IMG/VR virus record: IMGVR_UViG_3300025018_000257 | Span: 1-41,615 of that record | Length of the DNA: 41,615 nucleotides | Source of the DNA: a virus | Taxonomy: Duplodnaviria; Caudoviricetes | Direction: 5' to 3' (one strand) | Shown here: positions 27,846 to 36,942 of the stretch, in pieces | How the letters are laid out: every line of letters starts with the position of its first letter | How positions within the stretch are numbered: the stretch's first letter is position 1 | Notes under the pieces: model-generated | Databases searched by the model: none | What the model saw: only the letters and a program-made list of their open reading frames with translations | Told to the model about the DNA's origin: nothing | Made by a program: the position numbers and the translations under genes

Positions 27846-28109
27846 ATGGCCGAGAATTTCCCCCCGCAGCAGAACACGGTTTCGTCGCCGGCGCGGCAGA
27901 TGTTCGCGCTCACCCCGCACGATACCAATCCGGTCGATCCGCTGCCCAAGGCGCTGCGCTTCGACGCGGCCGGCACGGTGGTGCTGCGCGCGGTCGACAG
28001 CGATGCCGACGTGACGCTCGAGGTGGCCGCCGGCGAAGTGCTCGACGTGCGCGCGCTCTACGTGCGCGACACCGGCACCGACGCGATCACCATCCACGGC
28101 CTGGCTTAA
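27846..28109 (+). CDS. Head spike base protein (RcGTA Rcc01079-like)
   Basis: SPA...FALTPHD...KALRF...G.V...GEVL.VRALYVRDTGT. Confidence 0.75.
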   Translation: MAENFPPQQNTVSSPARQMFALTPHDTNPVDPLPKALRFDAAGTVVLRAVDSDADVTLEVAAGEVLDVRALYVRDTGTDAITIHGLA

Positions 28110-28780
28110 TGCCTGGCTTCGGCTTCGGTGCGGTGCGTGGCCGTGCGCGGCGACGGGGCAGCGGGCTGACGGCGCAAGGCCTGCTGATCGCCAGCATGAA
28201 CGCCGCTGGCGGGCAATCGGCGCTCCACGATTACAGACTGGCGACCGTAAGCGGCGTGCCGGAGTTCCTGTCCGCAGATCTGACCGCCAACGGCAACGAC
28301 CACTATGCCACGGCAGCGGGTACTGTTCCGACTGTTGGCGCTGGCGGCGCAACCTTCGACGCCAACGACAGCGCCCGGCAGGCAATTAGCGGTGGGACAT
28401 TCACCTGCGTTATCAGCTTCACCCCCGGTGCGCTGGGCACCGCTGGCCGGTTTTTCTCCGACCAAGGCGGCAGCACTGCGGTGATCTATAGTAGCTCGAA
28501 TACCTCAGTGTTGACTGCGCCGGTCTATGTTTATGAGAACGGCGTGGGCGGTATCGTTGCCACTCGCAAAGACCTTTACGACGCAATGGTCGCTGCATCG
28601 GGCGAGGTGGTTATCATGGCGACAGGGCTGGACTTCACCGCCGACACCGAACTGCTGGTCGGCCACACCACGGCATCCGGTCCTGGCGTCTATCGCAAGG
28701 CGGCGATCATCGACGAAGTGACGCACGCGGCCACGCTGGCGGCTGATCGGGCGTTGGCGCTTGAGGCGCTGGCGGCGTGA
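28109..28780 (+). CDS. Putative head spike/fibre protein
   Basis: TAATG-coupled to the spike base; MPGFGFG N-terminus; beta-rich; more A/T-ending codons than neighbours. Confidence 0.6.
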   Translation: MPGFGFGAVRGRARRRGSGLTAQGLLIASMNAAGGQSALHDYRLATVSGVPEFLSADLTANGNDHYATAAGTVPTVGAGGATFDANDSARQAISGGTFTCVISFTPGALGTAGRFFSDQGGSTAVIYSSSNTSVLTAPVYVYENGVGGIVATRKDLYDAMVAASGEVVIMATGLDFTADTELLVGHTTASGPGVYRKAAIIDEVTHAATLAADRALALEALAA

Positions 28781-31266
28781 GTCTTTCCGCCTGCATCCCC
28801 GGCCTGGTCGCGCGCGGCGAGATCTCGGCCGAGCAGGGCGCGGAAATGGAATCGTTGTTCGGCAAGTACCAGCGGCACTATGCGCGCCACGGCGGGCCGG
28901 CGGCCGAGGCGATGGCGAGCCAGGCGACGCTCGAGGCGCTCGAGCGGGCTGCGCGCCAGCGGCATCGCCGCGAGCTGCTGCAGGTGCGCGCACAGCGCGA
29001 GGCCTGGCTGGCGATGCAGCGGTACGGCGGCGGCCTGGGCGGGCTGCGCGCGCTCGATCCCGATCGGCCGGGGCACCTCGCCGAAGCGGCGCAGGCGCTG
29101 CTCGCGCGGCGCGAGTTCGCGCCCTACCGCAACGTCGAGCACCTGGCGCGCGCGATTCGCGGCCGTGCGCATGCCATGAACCGCGGGATCCTGCAGCGCC
29201 ACAAGCGGGATATCCTCGGCCGGGTGCGCGACCGCGCCGGCGCCGAGGATCTGCTGCGCGAGGCGCGCGGCGAGGCGAGCGGCAATCCGGCGGCGGCCGA
29301 GCTGGCGCGTTCCTGGCTGCAGTCGAGCGATTACCTTCGCCGCCGGGCCAATGCCGCGGGCGCCGATATCGGCCAGCTCGAGGATTGGGGCGTGCCGCAG
29401 GCATGGGACAGCCAGAAAGTGGCCGATGCCGGGTTCGACCGGTTTTTCGCCGACTTCCGCGCCGAGGTCGACCGCGGGCGCTTCACCGACCGCGACACCG
29501 GCGCTCCGCTCGACGATGCCGAGTTCGAGGATCTGGCGCGCGACATTTTCGCCACGATCAGCAGCAATGGTTGGTCGAAGCGCACGCCGGGCGGGCGCGG
29601 CGCGGCGGCGCTGGCCAAGCGGCTCGGTCGCGAGCGGGTGATTCATTTCCGCGACGCCGATGCCTGGCTGCGGATGGCTGACAAGTATGGCAGCCGCGAC
29701 GGCGTGTTCGAGGCGATGATGGCGCACATCGACCTGACCGCGCGCGACGTGGCGCTGATGGAGGTGCTCGGGCCCGATCCTGCCGGCACGATCAAGTGGC
29801 TGTCCGACACCATCGAGAAACAGGCCAATCTCGACGGCCGCGCCAGCCACCGCAATGCCGCGACCAAGGGCGTGGCCAAGCTCGAGCGGCTGTTCGACAC
29901 CGCGCGCGGGGCGACCAGCGCGGCCGAGGACGGCGCCCTGGCGCGGTTCGGCGGCACGGTGCGCGCCTGGCAGGTGGCGACCAAGCTGGGCAGCGCGGCG
30001 CTTTCGACCACCAGCGACCAGGCGACCGCGGCGATCGCGCGGCGGTTCAACGGGCTGCCGGTATGGCAGGGGGTGGCGACGCAGCTGCGGCTGCTCAATC
30101 CCGCCAATGCGGCTGATCGCGAGCTCGCCATGCGCATGATGCTGGTGGCCGAGGAAGCGAGCCAGCTCGGCGCCGGCCAGGCGCGTATGACCGGCGAGGA
30201 GCTGACCGGCGAGGTGGCGCGGCGGGTGGCCGAGACGACGCTGCGCGTGTCGGGGCTGAACGCGCTGACGCAGAGCGGCCGCTGGGCCTTCGGGATGGAT
30301 TTCTGGAGCTTTGCCACCAGCATGCGCTCGCGCAGCTTCGACCAGCTCGAGGCGCCGTTCCGCAACATGTTCCTGCGGCACGGCCTCGGTGAGCAGCACT
30401 GGCAGGCGATTCGCGCGGCGCCGCTCCACGAGGAGCGCGGGGCGACCTGGGTGCTGCCCGAGAACCTGGCCAGCGAGGGGCTGGCCGACGACATTATCCA
30501 GATGGTGCTGCGCGAAATGGATATGGCAGTGCCGGTGGCCGGGCTCGAGATCCGCGCGGCGATCGAAGGCGCGGCGCCCAAGGGGACGGTGATCGGCGAG
30601 ATCGTGCGCACCGGGTTCCAGTTCAAGGCCTTTCCGGCGACGATCATGCTGCAGCAGTGGCGCCGCACCATGGCGCTGCAGGGCGGGTGGAACCGGGCCA
30701 AGTACGTAGCCCAGGTGGCGATCGGCACCACGTTAATGGGGGCGTTGGCGCTGCAGCTGAAAGAGATCTCCAAGGGCCGCGATCCGCGTCGGCTGTGGGA
30801 TCCCGACGACAAGGCGCAGATGGCCAAGTTCTGGGGCGCGGCGCTGGCGCAGGGCGGCGGCCTGGGGATCTTCGGCGATTTCTTGTCGAGCTCGACCAAC
30901 CGATTCGAGGGCGGGATCACCGGCACGCTGGCGGGTCCGGCGTTTCAGACCGGCGACGCGCTGGCCAACCTGCTGATCGGCGAGCCGGCGCGCGCTCTGG
31001 CCGGGGAGAATACCAACCCCGGCCGCGCGGCGGTGCGGCTGCTGGCGGGCGAGACGCCTGGCATCGGCAGCCTGTGGTTCACCAGGCTGGCCTACGAGCG
31101 GCTGCTGCTCGACACGCTGCAGCAGGCGGTCGACCCGAACAGCGGCGAGGCCTTCCGCCGACGCCGCGACTATGCCGAGGATGCGGGGACCGACTTCTGG
31201 TGGGAGCCCGGCGAGGGTTTGGATGAAATGCGCGCGCCGGCTGTAGGGAACATGGCCGCCAACTAG
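28777..31266 (+). CDS. Large internal virion/ejection protein
   Basis: 829 aa; WGVPQAWD, RVIHFRDADAW, QFKAFP, QGGGLGIFGDFL motifs of BPP-1-like ejection proteins. Confidence 0.8.
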   Translation: MSLSACIPGLVARGEISAEQGAEMESLFGKYQRHYARHGGPAAEAMASQATLEALERAARQRHRRELLQVRAQREAWLAMQRYGGGLGGLRALDPDRPGHLAEAAQALLARREFAPYRNVEHLARAIRGRAHAMNRGILQRHKRDILGRVRDRAGAEDLLREARGEASGNPAAAELARSWLQSSDYLRRRANAAGADIGQLEDWGVPQAWDSQKVADAGFDRFFADFRAEVDRGRFTDRDTGAPLDDAEFEDLARDIFATISSNGWSKRTPGGRGAAALAKRLGRERVIHFRDADAWLRMADKYGSRDGVFEAMMAHIDLTARDVALMEVLGPDPAGTIKWLSDTIEKQANLDGRASHRNAATKGVAKLERLFDTARGATSAAEDGALARFGGTVRAWQVATKLGSAALSTTSDQATAAIARRFNGLPVWQGVATQLRLLNPANAADRELAMRMMLVAEEASQLGAGQARMTGEELTGEVARRVAETTLRVSGLNALTQSGRWAFGMDFWSFATSMRSRSFDQLEAPFRNMFLRHGLGEQHWQAIRAAPLHEERGATWVLPENLASEGLADDIIQMVLREMDMAVPVAGLEIRAAIEGAAPKGTVIGEIVRTGFQFKAFPATIMLQQWRRTMALQGGWNRAKYVAQVAIGTTLMGALALQLKEISKGRDPRRLWDPDDKAQMAKFWGAALAQGGGLGIFGDFLSSSTNRFEGGITGTLAGPAFQTGDALANLLIGEPARALAGENTNPGRAAVRLLAGETPGIGSLWFTRLAYERLLLDTLQQAVDPNSGEAFRRRRDYAEDAGTDFWWEPGEGLDEMRAPAVGNMAAN
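31216..31245 (+). promoter_or_regulatory. Putative late promoter, copy 5 (inside the 3' end of the ejection gene)
   Basis: 12-mer at 31216-31227, TA at 31244; upstream of the tailspike. Confidence 0.7.
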
Positions 31267-31277
31267 CGGAGTTTGCC

Positions 31278-33878
31278 ATGATCCCTGACGATATCGTGCC
31301 GGAAAGCGTCTTTGCCGGCGATGATACGGCCAGTGCCAAGTCGATCACCTGGCGCTTCGACGATCCCGACCACGTCAAGGTGCAGGCCGAGACAGACGGC
31401 GAGGCGACCTTGCTGGTGCGGGGGACGCACTACGAGATTGCCGGCACCACGCTGACGCCGCTGGCGGCGATCCCCACCGGCACCAGCTGGCGGGTTTATC
31501 GCGATACCCCGGTCGGGCAGCCGTCGACGCTTTCGCCGACCGCTTACCTGGTGTCGCAGTACCAGCTCGGGCTCGACCGCCTGGGCATGATTGCGCAGGA
31601 CCAGCAGGCCTTGCTCGATCGCGCGGTGATGGTGCCGCGCGGCGCGGACCCGGTATCGGTTACGCCCGCCAGCGACCTGGTGGCGCTGTGGAATGCGGCA
31701 GGCAGCGTGCTGGGAAGCATCACCGACGAGGATCTTGCGGCGCGGCTTGTGACCGACCTGACCACCTTGCTGGGCAGTTCGTTCAAGGGCGACCCCGGCT
31801 CTGCAGGCGAAGGCTATGCCACCAAGGACTTGCTGGCCGCCGCCGCCGACACCGCGAGCAATCTGGACGACGCCTACCTGACCACATCGCGGCAGGAGGG
31901 CAAGTTCATCATGTCCACCAGCAGCATTGCGACGCTGGTGGAATACGACTGGTCGCGCAACCGCAACGTCCCCAAGGCCAGCGTGCCCGCTGGCGGCTCG
32001 GGCGGTTTCGCGCGGGTGAACGATGGCACCGTGACCATCGAAGGCGGCGGCACCGGGCGCGAGGCGGTGTTCTCTGCGCTCAACCTGTTGCAGCAGGACA
32101 GCACCCTTCTGAAGCTGATCGCGCAGGGAGTGCATACCACTGTCGGCCTTGGCGGCGAGCGCGTGGCCGATTACTCTGGCTATGCCAACAAGGCGGCGGC
32201 GGAAGTCGATCTCGCCACCTTCACCGATGGCGACCTGATCTCCTGCACCGATGGCACCGCCTACCTCAAGACCACCGGCGTGCTCAAGCGGGTGAAGGAG
32301 GCGACACTCAACGGCGAGATCATCGAAGGGCTGTCGAGCAAGTTGAGCGGCCTCAAGCTGGAAGCCAATCGCCCTGCCGGCGAAGCCCTGTTCGACTTCG
32401 ACCTGGCCGATGTAAAGGTGGTCAACTTCCACTTCGACGGCAACAATCCCTCGCCAGAATGGCCGGGTTACGCCGGGCTCCAGAACAACCCGCTGACCGA
32501 GACGCTGGTGCGCGTCAGCGGCTATGACTACAATTTCGACCACGTGCTGACGCGCTTCAGTGGCGGCGACGGGATGGAAGCCTACGGCATTGTCGGCTGC
32601 TCGGGCCTCGTCAACTGCGGGTGGACCTACAACAACGGCGTCGGCCTCAAGATTACCCGTAATTCGGTGACCAACCTCGTGCGCCCGTGGTTCGAAGGCA
32701 ACGGCGTGGGCGGGTGTCTGGTTGCGCCGCGCGTGAACAGCGGCGACGGCAGCTACGTCACCAACACTGCTTATTGGCTGCGGCAGGGCGTGAACAGCGA
32801 CATTGCCTACGACGAGAACGGCACCGCGACCGCCTATACCTACCGCATCGAGGGTGCCTACGGGTGCCGCCTTGGCGAGATCGTCACATGGGCCAACGGT
32901 CGCACCGGCTATGACCTTGAGTTCGGCGATGCCGCAGGCAACACCGGCCTCTACCAGAGCGCGGTAGGCGGCTACATGGGGCCGACCGCCAAGATCGACC
33001 TCAAGTGCAAGTTCGAGGACCGGGCGTGGAACAATACCGTGGTGCGCCTGCCCGGCCTGCCGACCAACACCGAGAACGGGCAGTGGCGATGGGATGACGC
33101 GCAGGAAGGGCGCACCGGCAACACCTGTTCGTGGCTGGTGTCGCCCGAAGCCTACGAACCCGGCGCGCGGCACGGCGACCTGTCGATCAATGCCGGTTCG
33201 TCGAATTGGGCAACCAAGAACGGCTTTCAGGCCAACGCTGTTCGCGTGATCGGCAGTCTTCACGATCCACTGCTCGACTACCTTGCTGCCCATGCCGATG
33301 GGCCGAGCGTGCTGGAATGCACCGACATGGACGTGGCCCACGGCGGCGGCACGGCGTTCAACCAGACGCTCTCGCTCAACACCGCGCTTGCGGCGAGCAC
33401 TTGGTATTGGCTGTTCTATACCTGCGAAGGCGAGGCCTACCAGCGGCACCGGCTGCGGCTGTGGAGCGTGGCAGCGAACAAGTATTACGGGTGGGGCGAG
33501 GACGATCCCACAGTCAACGACCCGTGGGCGGCAATCGGCGCGCACGACGCCCTGGGCTACGAACGGATTATCCATGTCCAGCGCGGCCAGAAGGGATACC
33601 GGGTGCCGTTCTATTCGGGGCCGGGTGTGATTGCCGAAATGCGCGTGGGCCTCAACATCGTCGGCGCGGGCAAGGCGCGGCTTGGGCATTGCTGGGTTGA
33701 TACCATCGACAACAGCGCGCTCGCCGGGATCGTGGCGGGCTATTCGCACGGCACCCCGACCATGCGCCGGTTCACCGATGCCAACCGCCCGCCTGCGACC
33801 GCGCCGTTCGCGGGCATCCATGGCCACAACACCACCACCAACACGTTCCAGTTGAACACTGGCGCAGCCTACGTCTGA
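31278..33878 (+). CDS. Tail fibre/tailspike (receptor-binding, possible depolymerase)
   Basis: gp17-like N-terminal adaptor (RGTHYEI, YRDTP, LDRLGMIAQD) followed by an Asn/Gly-rich beta-helix-like region. Confidence 0.8.
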   Translation: MIPDDIVPESVFAGDDTASAKSITWRFDDPDHVKVQAETDGEATLLVRGTHYEIAGTTLTPLAAIPTGTSWRVYRDTPVGQPSTLSPTAYLVSQYQLGLDRLGMIAQDQQALLDRAVMVPRGADPVSVTPASDLVALWNAAGSVLGSITDEDLAARLVTDLTTLLGSSFKGDPGSAGEGYATKDLLAAAADTASNLDDAYLTTSRQEGKFIMSTSSIATLVEYDWSRNRNVPKASVPAGGSGGFARVNDGTVTIEGGGTGREAVFSALNLLQQDSTLLKLIAQGVHTTVGLGGERVADYSGYANKAAAEVDLATFTDGDLISCTDGTAYLKTTGVLKRVKEATLNGEIIEGLSSKLSGLKLEANRPAGEALFDFDLADVKVVNFHFDGNNPSPEWPGYAGLQNNPLTETLVRVSGYDYNFDHVLTRFSGGDGMEAYGIVGCSGLVNCGWTYNNGVGLKITRNSVTNLVRPWFEGNGVGGCLVAPRVNSGDGSYVTNTAYWLRQGVNSDIAYDENGTATAYTYRIEGAYGCRLGEIVTWANGRTGYDLEFGDAAGNTGLYQSAVGGYMGPTAKIDLKCKFEDRAWNNTVVRLPGLPTNTENGQWRWDDAQEGRTGNTCSWLVSPEAYEPGARHGDLSINAGSSNWATKNGFQANAVRVIGSLHDPLLDYLAAHADGPSVLECTDMDVAHGGGTAFNQTLSLNTALAASTWYWLFYTCEGEAYQRHRLRLWSVAANKYYGWGEDDPTVNDPWAAIGAHDALGYERIIHVQRGQKGYRVPFYSGPGVIAEMRVGLNIVGAGKARLGHCWVDTIDNSALAGIVAGYSHGTPTMRRFTDANRPPATAPFAGIHGHNTTTNTFQLNTGAAYV

Positions 33879-33900
33879 CCTTGGAAGGAGTATCGCCATC

Positions 33901-34320
33901 ATGGCCGAAGTAACCCGCGACGAGTTCGAGAACCTGCAAAACCACTGTTCGGAACTGCACATCGAACTCGACCAGTATCGCCAGCTTTCGCTCGAAATGC
34001 TCGAACTGATGAGCGGCAAGGCCGCGCTGATGGCCGAGGCAGGGCTGTGCATGGCGTGCGGCGATGCCGACCACGGCAAGGTGCGCGCGGTGGCCGACCG
34101 GGTATCGGGGCTGGCCAAGGGCAGAGAGGCGCGCGCGGACGACGGGCAGGATACTCTCGACGAGGCGGGCAATGTCACCGCCCCCGCGAAGTTCCCGCGC
34201 AACATGCAGGGCGCGATGGCGCGCATTGCCGAGGCCGACGCCAAGGCGAGCGCGCGTATGGCGGAACTGGCGACCGAATTGCGCGGAAACGCGCCGCCTG
34301 CGGGACGTGGGCGCGCATGA
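33901..34320 (+). CDS. Hypothetical protein
   Basis: GAAGGAG RBS; coupled to the next gene. Confidence 0.7.
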   Translation: MAEVTRDEFENLQNHCSELHIELDQYRQLSLEMLELMSGKAALMAEAGLCMACGDADHGKVRAVADRVSGLAKGREARADDGQDTLDEAGNVTAPAKFPRNMQGAMARIAEADAKASARMAELATELRGNAPPAGRGRA

Positions 34321-34727
34321 GCGCGGATCGCGGCACACAGATGGCCGAGGCGTCGGCGCTCAAGCTGGCGCTGGTGTTCAGCTGGATCGGTTTCGCCGCC
34401 CCGGTGCCAGTGGTGGTGACCGGGTTCGTGTTCGCGGTGGTGGGCGGGCTGGTGGGGCTGGCCGCGCTGCCCGTGGCCGAGCGCGAAAAGGATCTGCGCT
34501 GGGAGATTTGCAAGACCGTGCTGACCGCGCTGTTCATCGGCGCGCTGTTCGGCGTGGTGCAGCCCAAGATCGGCGACTTTGCCGGGTTCCTTGCCCCGCT
34601 GGGGCAGCCGCAGTTCCTGCCCTGGGCGATGGGCGCCGGGGGGCTGGTGTCGCGCTGGCTCGCGCGCCGCGTGTCGAAGGGCGATTTCAGTCTGCCGAGC
34701 TTTGGCCGGCGAGGAGAAGGACAATGA
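34317..34727 (+). CDS. Holin-like membrane protein
   Basis: 3-4 hydrophobic segments, basic C-terminus; start of the lysis cassette. Confidence 0.65.
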   Translation: MSADRGTQMAEASALKLALVFSWIGFAAPVPVVVTGFVFAVVGGLVGLAALPVAEREKDLRWEICKTVLTALFIGALFGVVQPKIGDFAGFLAPLGQPQFLPWAMGAGGLVSRWLARRVSKGDFSLPSFGRRGEGQ

Positions 34728-35167
34728 CCGAACGCTTGCTGGTGGCCGTGCTGGCCATGCTCGAAAGCCTGTGGCAGCGCGGGGGATGGTGGCGAATAGG
34801 GCTGTGGCTGGCGGGGCTGCTGGGCGTCTATGCCGCGGTGCAGCTGGCCGAATTCGTGTGGCTGGGATACCTGCTGGTGGCGATGGCGCTGATGCCGCTG
34901 GCCAGTACCGCCGCGCGGCATTGGGCCAACCGCGCGATGTTCCTGCTGTTGCTGGGGAGCATGGCGATGTTCGGGCTGGGCCGCTTCCTCGCCTTCGCCT
35001 GGCCGCACTATGCCGGATGGTACAGCCTGTTTCTCGACCTCGCCCACTTCGGCTTCATCGCCTACGGGCTGCTGCTGCTGGTGAGCAAGACGCCGAGCGG
35101 GCGGCGACTGATGGGGCTGCCGCCGACGCGCCAGTGCGGGGAGGCAGGCCATGCTGCCCGGAATTGA
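34724..35167 (+). CDS. Second membrane protein (holin/antiholin-like)
   Basis: About 4 TM segments; GAGGAGAAGG RBS; overlaps the endolysin start. Confidence 0.65.
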   Translation: MTERLLVAVLAMLESLWQRGGWWRIGLWLAGLLGVYAAVQLAEFVWLGYLLVAMALMPLASTAARHWANRAMFLLLLGSMAMFGLGRFLAFAWPHYAGWYSLFLDLAHFGFIAYGLLLLVSKTPSGRRLMGLPPTRQCGEAGHAARN

Positions 35168-35663
35168 CTGGCCGCTGGCGCGCAACCTGATCCGGCGCGG
35201 CTCGATCCGCCACACCTTCGGCAATGTGCGGCGCAATGCAGATGGCAGCCTGCGCCCGCACCAGGGCTGGGATTTCGAGGCGGCAATCGGCACGCCGATC
35301 CATGCGATCGCCGATGGCCACGTGGTCATGGTGCGCGACCAGGGCGATTACGGCAAGCAGGTGGTGCTCGCCTTCGACGTCGACTTTGACGGCGACGGCC
35401 GGAAGGACCGGCTGTTCGCGGTCTATGCCCACCTGTCGGCGATCGACGTCGAGCCGCGGCAGGCGGTGGCGCGCGGCAAGCTGCTGGGGCTGACCGGCGA
35501 CAGCGGCAACGCGCGCGGGATGCCGCTGGCCGACCAGCACCTGCATTTCGAGATCCGCACGCAGCCGGTGGCGGGGCGCGGCCTGTCGGGCCGCCTGACC
35601 CCGCTGGTGGTGTTCGGGGTGTGCCCGCTGCGCGAGGCTGCCTACCGGCAGAAACTGGCGTGA
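35151..35663 (+). CDS. M23 peptidase endolysin
   Basis: HQGWD, GTPIHAIADG, YAHLS, HLHFE zinc motifs. Confidence 0.9.
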   Translation: MLPGIDWPLARNLIRRGSIRHTFGNVRRNADGSLRPHQGWDFEAAIGTPIHAIADGHVVMVRDQGDYGKQVVLAFDVDFDGDGRKDRLFAVYAHLSAIDVEPRQAVARGKLLGLTGDSGNARGMPLADQHLHFEIRTQPVAGRGLSGRLTPLVVFGVCPLREAAYRQKLA

Positions 35664-36259
35664 GCGTCCCTGTGGGCCTCGTGGAGCGCATTTCCGGCTT
35701 CGCGGCAAGGATCGGGCTGTCGGGGCTGGCGATTGCCGTGCTGCTGGCGCTGCTGGCCATCCAGACGGTGCGCATCGAGGGCTTCAAGGTGTGGCCGATC
35801 GAGCTGCAGGGCTGGAAGCCGCGCGCGCTGGCGGCCGAGGACGACCTGAAAGCGGTGGCGGCCGCGCAGGTGGAGGCCGCAGCGCGCGCGCGCACGGTGA
35901 AACTGGAAGCCGAAGCCACCTATCGCCAACTGGCGGAAAGGATCGACGATGAAGCGGAACACGATCGCGCTGGCGAGCTTGCTGCTGCCGAGCGTTTCAT
36001 TGCTGCTGGCGGGCTGCGGCGCGCGGCAACTGGAAGTCCATGCAGCCGAGCCGCTGCCCCCGCCGCAGGTGACGGCGCCGGAAGTGGTCAAGCAGCCGGT
36101 CGAGCGACCGAGCTGGATGCGGCCGCAGAACCCGCGCTAGATCCAGAGCTGGTAACCGTGCTGGCGGAGGACGTGCGGATCTGCACGGTCAACACGCTGC
36201 AGGCCGAAGCCGCGCGCGCCTGGGCGGTGGCGCTGGAAGCAGCGACGGCGGCGGATTGA
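35660..36259 (+). CDS. rz: Inner-membrane spanin (Rz-like)
   Basis: N-terminal TM, coiled coil, C-terminal Cys; follows the endolysin. Confidence 0.8.
   Translation: MSVPVGLVERISGFAARIGLSGLAIAVLLALLAIQTVRIEGFKVWPIELQGWKPRALAAEDDLKAVAAAQVEAAARARTVKLEAEATYRQLAERIDDEAEHDRAGELAAAERFIAAGGLRRAATGSPCSRAAAPAAGDGAGSGQAAGRATELDAAAEPALDPELVTVLAEDVRICTVNTLQAEAARAWAVALEAATAAD
35949..36140 (+). CDS. rz1: Outer-membrane spanin lipoprotein (Rz1-like), embedded in the +1 frame
   Basis: Signal peptide with lipobox LAGC, Pro-rich mature part, AAAGGA RBS. Confidence 0.85.
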   Translation: MKRNTIALASLLLPSVSLLLAGCGARQLEVHAAEPLPPPQVTAPEVVKQPVERPSWMRPQNPR

Positions 36260-36262
36260 GCT

Positions 36263-36736
36263 ATGGCGCTGCGCCGATTCACCAACCGGGCCAAAAGCAA
36301 TCCGCGGCGCGAGGCACGCGCGACTGCTGCCCCGGTGCGCGTTGCCACGGCGAGCGCGGCCGCAGTCGTCATTCAGGATGCCGAGATCGGCGCCGCGGTG
36401 CAGGCGTACAGCGAGCTGCTCGATGCCTACGGGTCGGGCGAGGTCGTGCTGCCGGTGCAGAACGTGTCGGCCGACACGGCCGTGGCCAGCGGCAAGTCCG
36501 TAGCCCTGGCGGATGCGACGACTGCCCCCCTTACGGTAACGCTGCCGCCGGCGGCCGCGCTCGATGGCCGTCAGATCGCGGTCAAGAAGGTCGATGCCTC
36601 GGGCAATGCGGTGACGATCGAAGGCGACAGCGGCGAGCTGATCGACGGCGCGGCGACTTTTCCGCTAGCGGCGCAGGGCAAGGTGGTGACGCTGGTTTCC
36701 CATGGCGGCGAGTGGTACGTGGTGGCGCAGGTGTAA
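36263..36736 (+). CDS. Fibre/decoration-like beta-sandwich protein
   Basis: TVTLPPAA...IAVKKVDASGNAVTI...IDG...VTLVS...WYV pattern seen in phage fibre domains. Confidence 0.6.
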   Translation: MALRRFTNRAKSNPRREARATAAPVRVATASAAAVVIQDAEIGAAVQAYSELLDAYGSGEVVLPVQNVSADTAVASGKSVALADATTAPLTVTLPPAAALDGRQIAVKKVDASGNAVTIEGDSGELIDGAATFPLAAQGKVVTLVSHGGEWYVVAQV

Positions 36737-36817
36737 ATCCGACGAGGCGCCGTAAATGCCCCGAAATCGGATTTGATATTGCGGCTAAGGTATTGAGAAC
36801 AAAGGCCTTGATAAAGT

Positions 36818-36862
36818 CTCATAACCTGAAGGTCGTTGGTTCAAATCCAACTCCCGCAACCA
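36818..36862 (+). other. attP core: 3' half of initiator tRNA-Met(CAT)
   Basis: CTCATAACCTGAAGGTCGTTGGTTCAAATCCAACTCCCGCAACCA: anticodon loop, T-arm and CCA; 5' half absent. Confidence 0.92.
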
Positions 36863-36894
36863 CCGAAAAAGCCTGAAATCATTGATATTTCTGG

Positions 36895-36910
36895 TGTTCC
36901 ATGTGGAACA
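36895..36910. promoter_or_regulatory. parS-like palindrome
   Basis: TGTTCCATGTGGAACA versus consensus TGTTNCACGTGAAACA. Confidence 0.5.
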
Positions 36911-36942
36911 AGGTCAGGTGAAATCCGACGTCGGATTTAAAT

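Noticed and set aside
10651-34724. Very long antisense ORFs (e.g. 10651-14103, 15012-17381, 18477-21026, 31263-34724)
   Set aside because: Typical high-GC shadow frames opposite clear structural genes; no RBS or recognisable motifs.
36818-36862. Functional tRNA gene
   Set aside because: The 5' acceptor strand and D-arm are missing; it is an att core.
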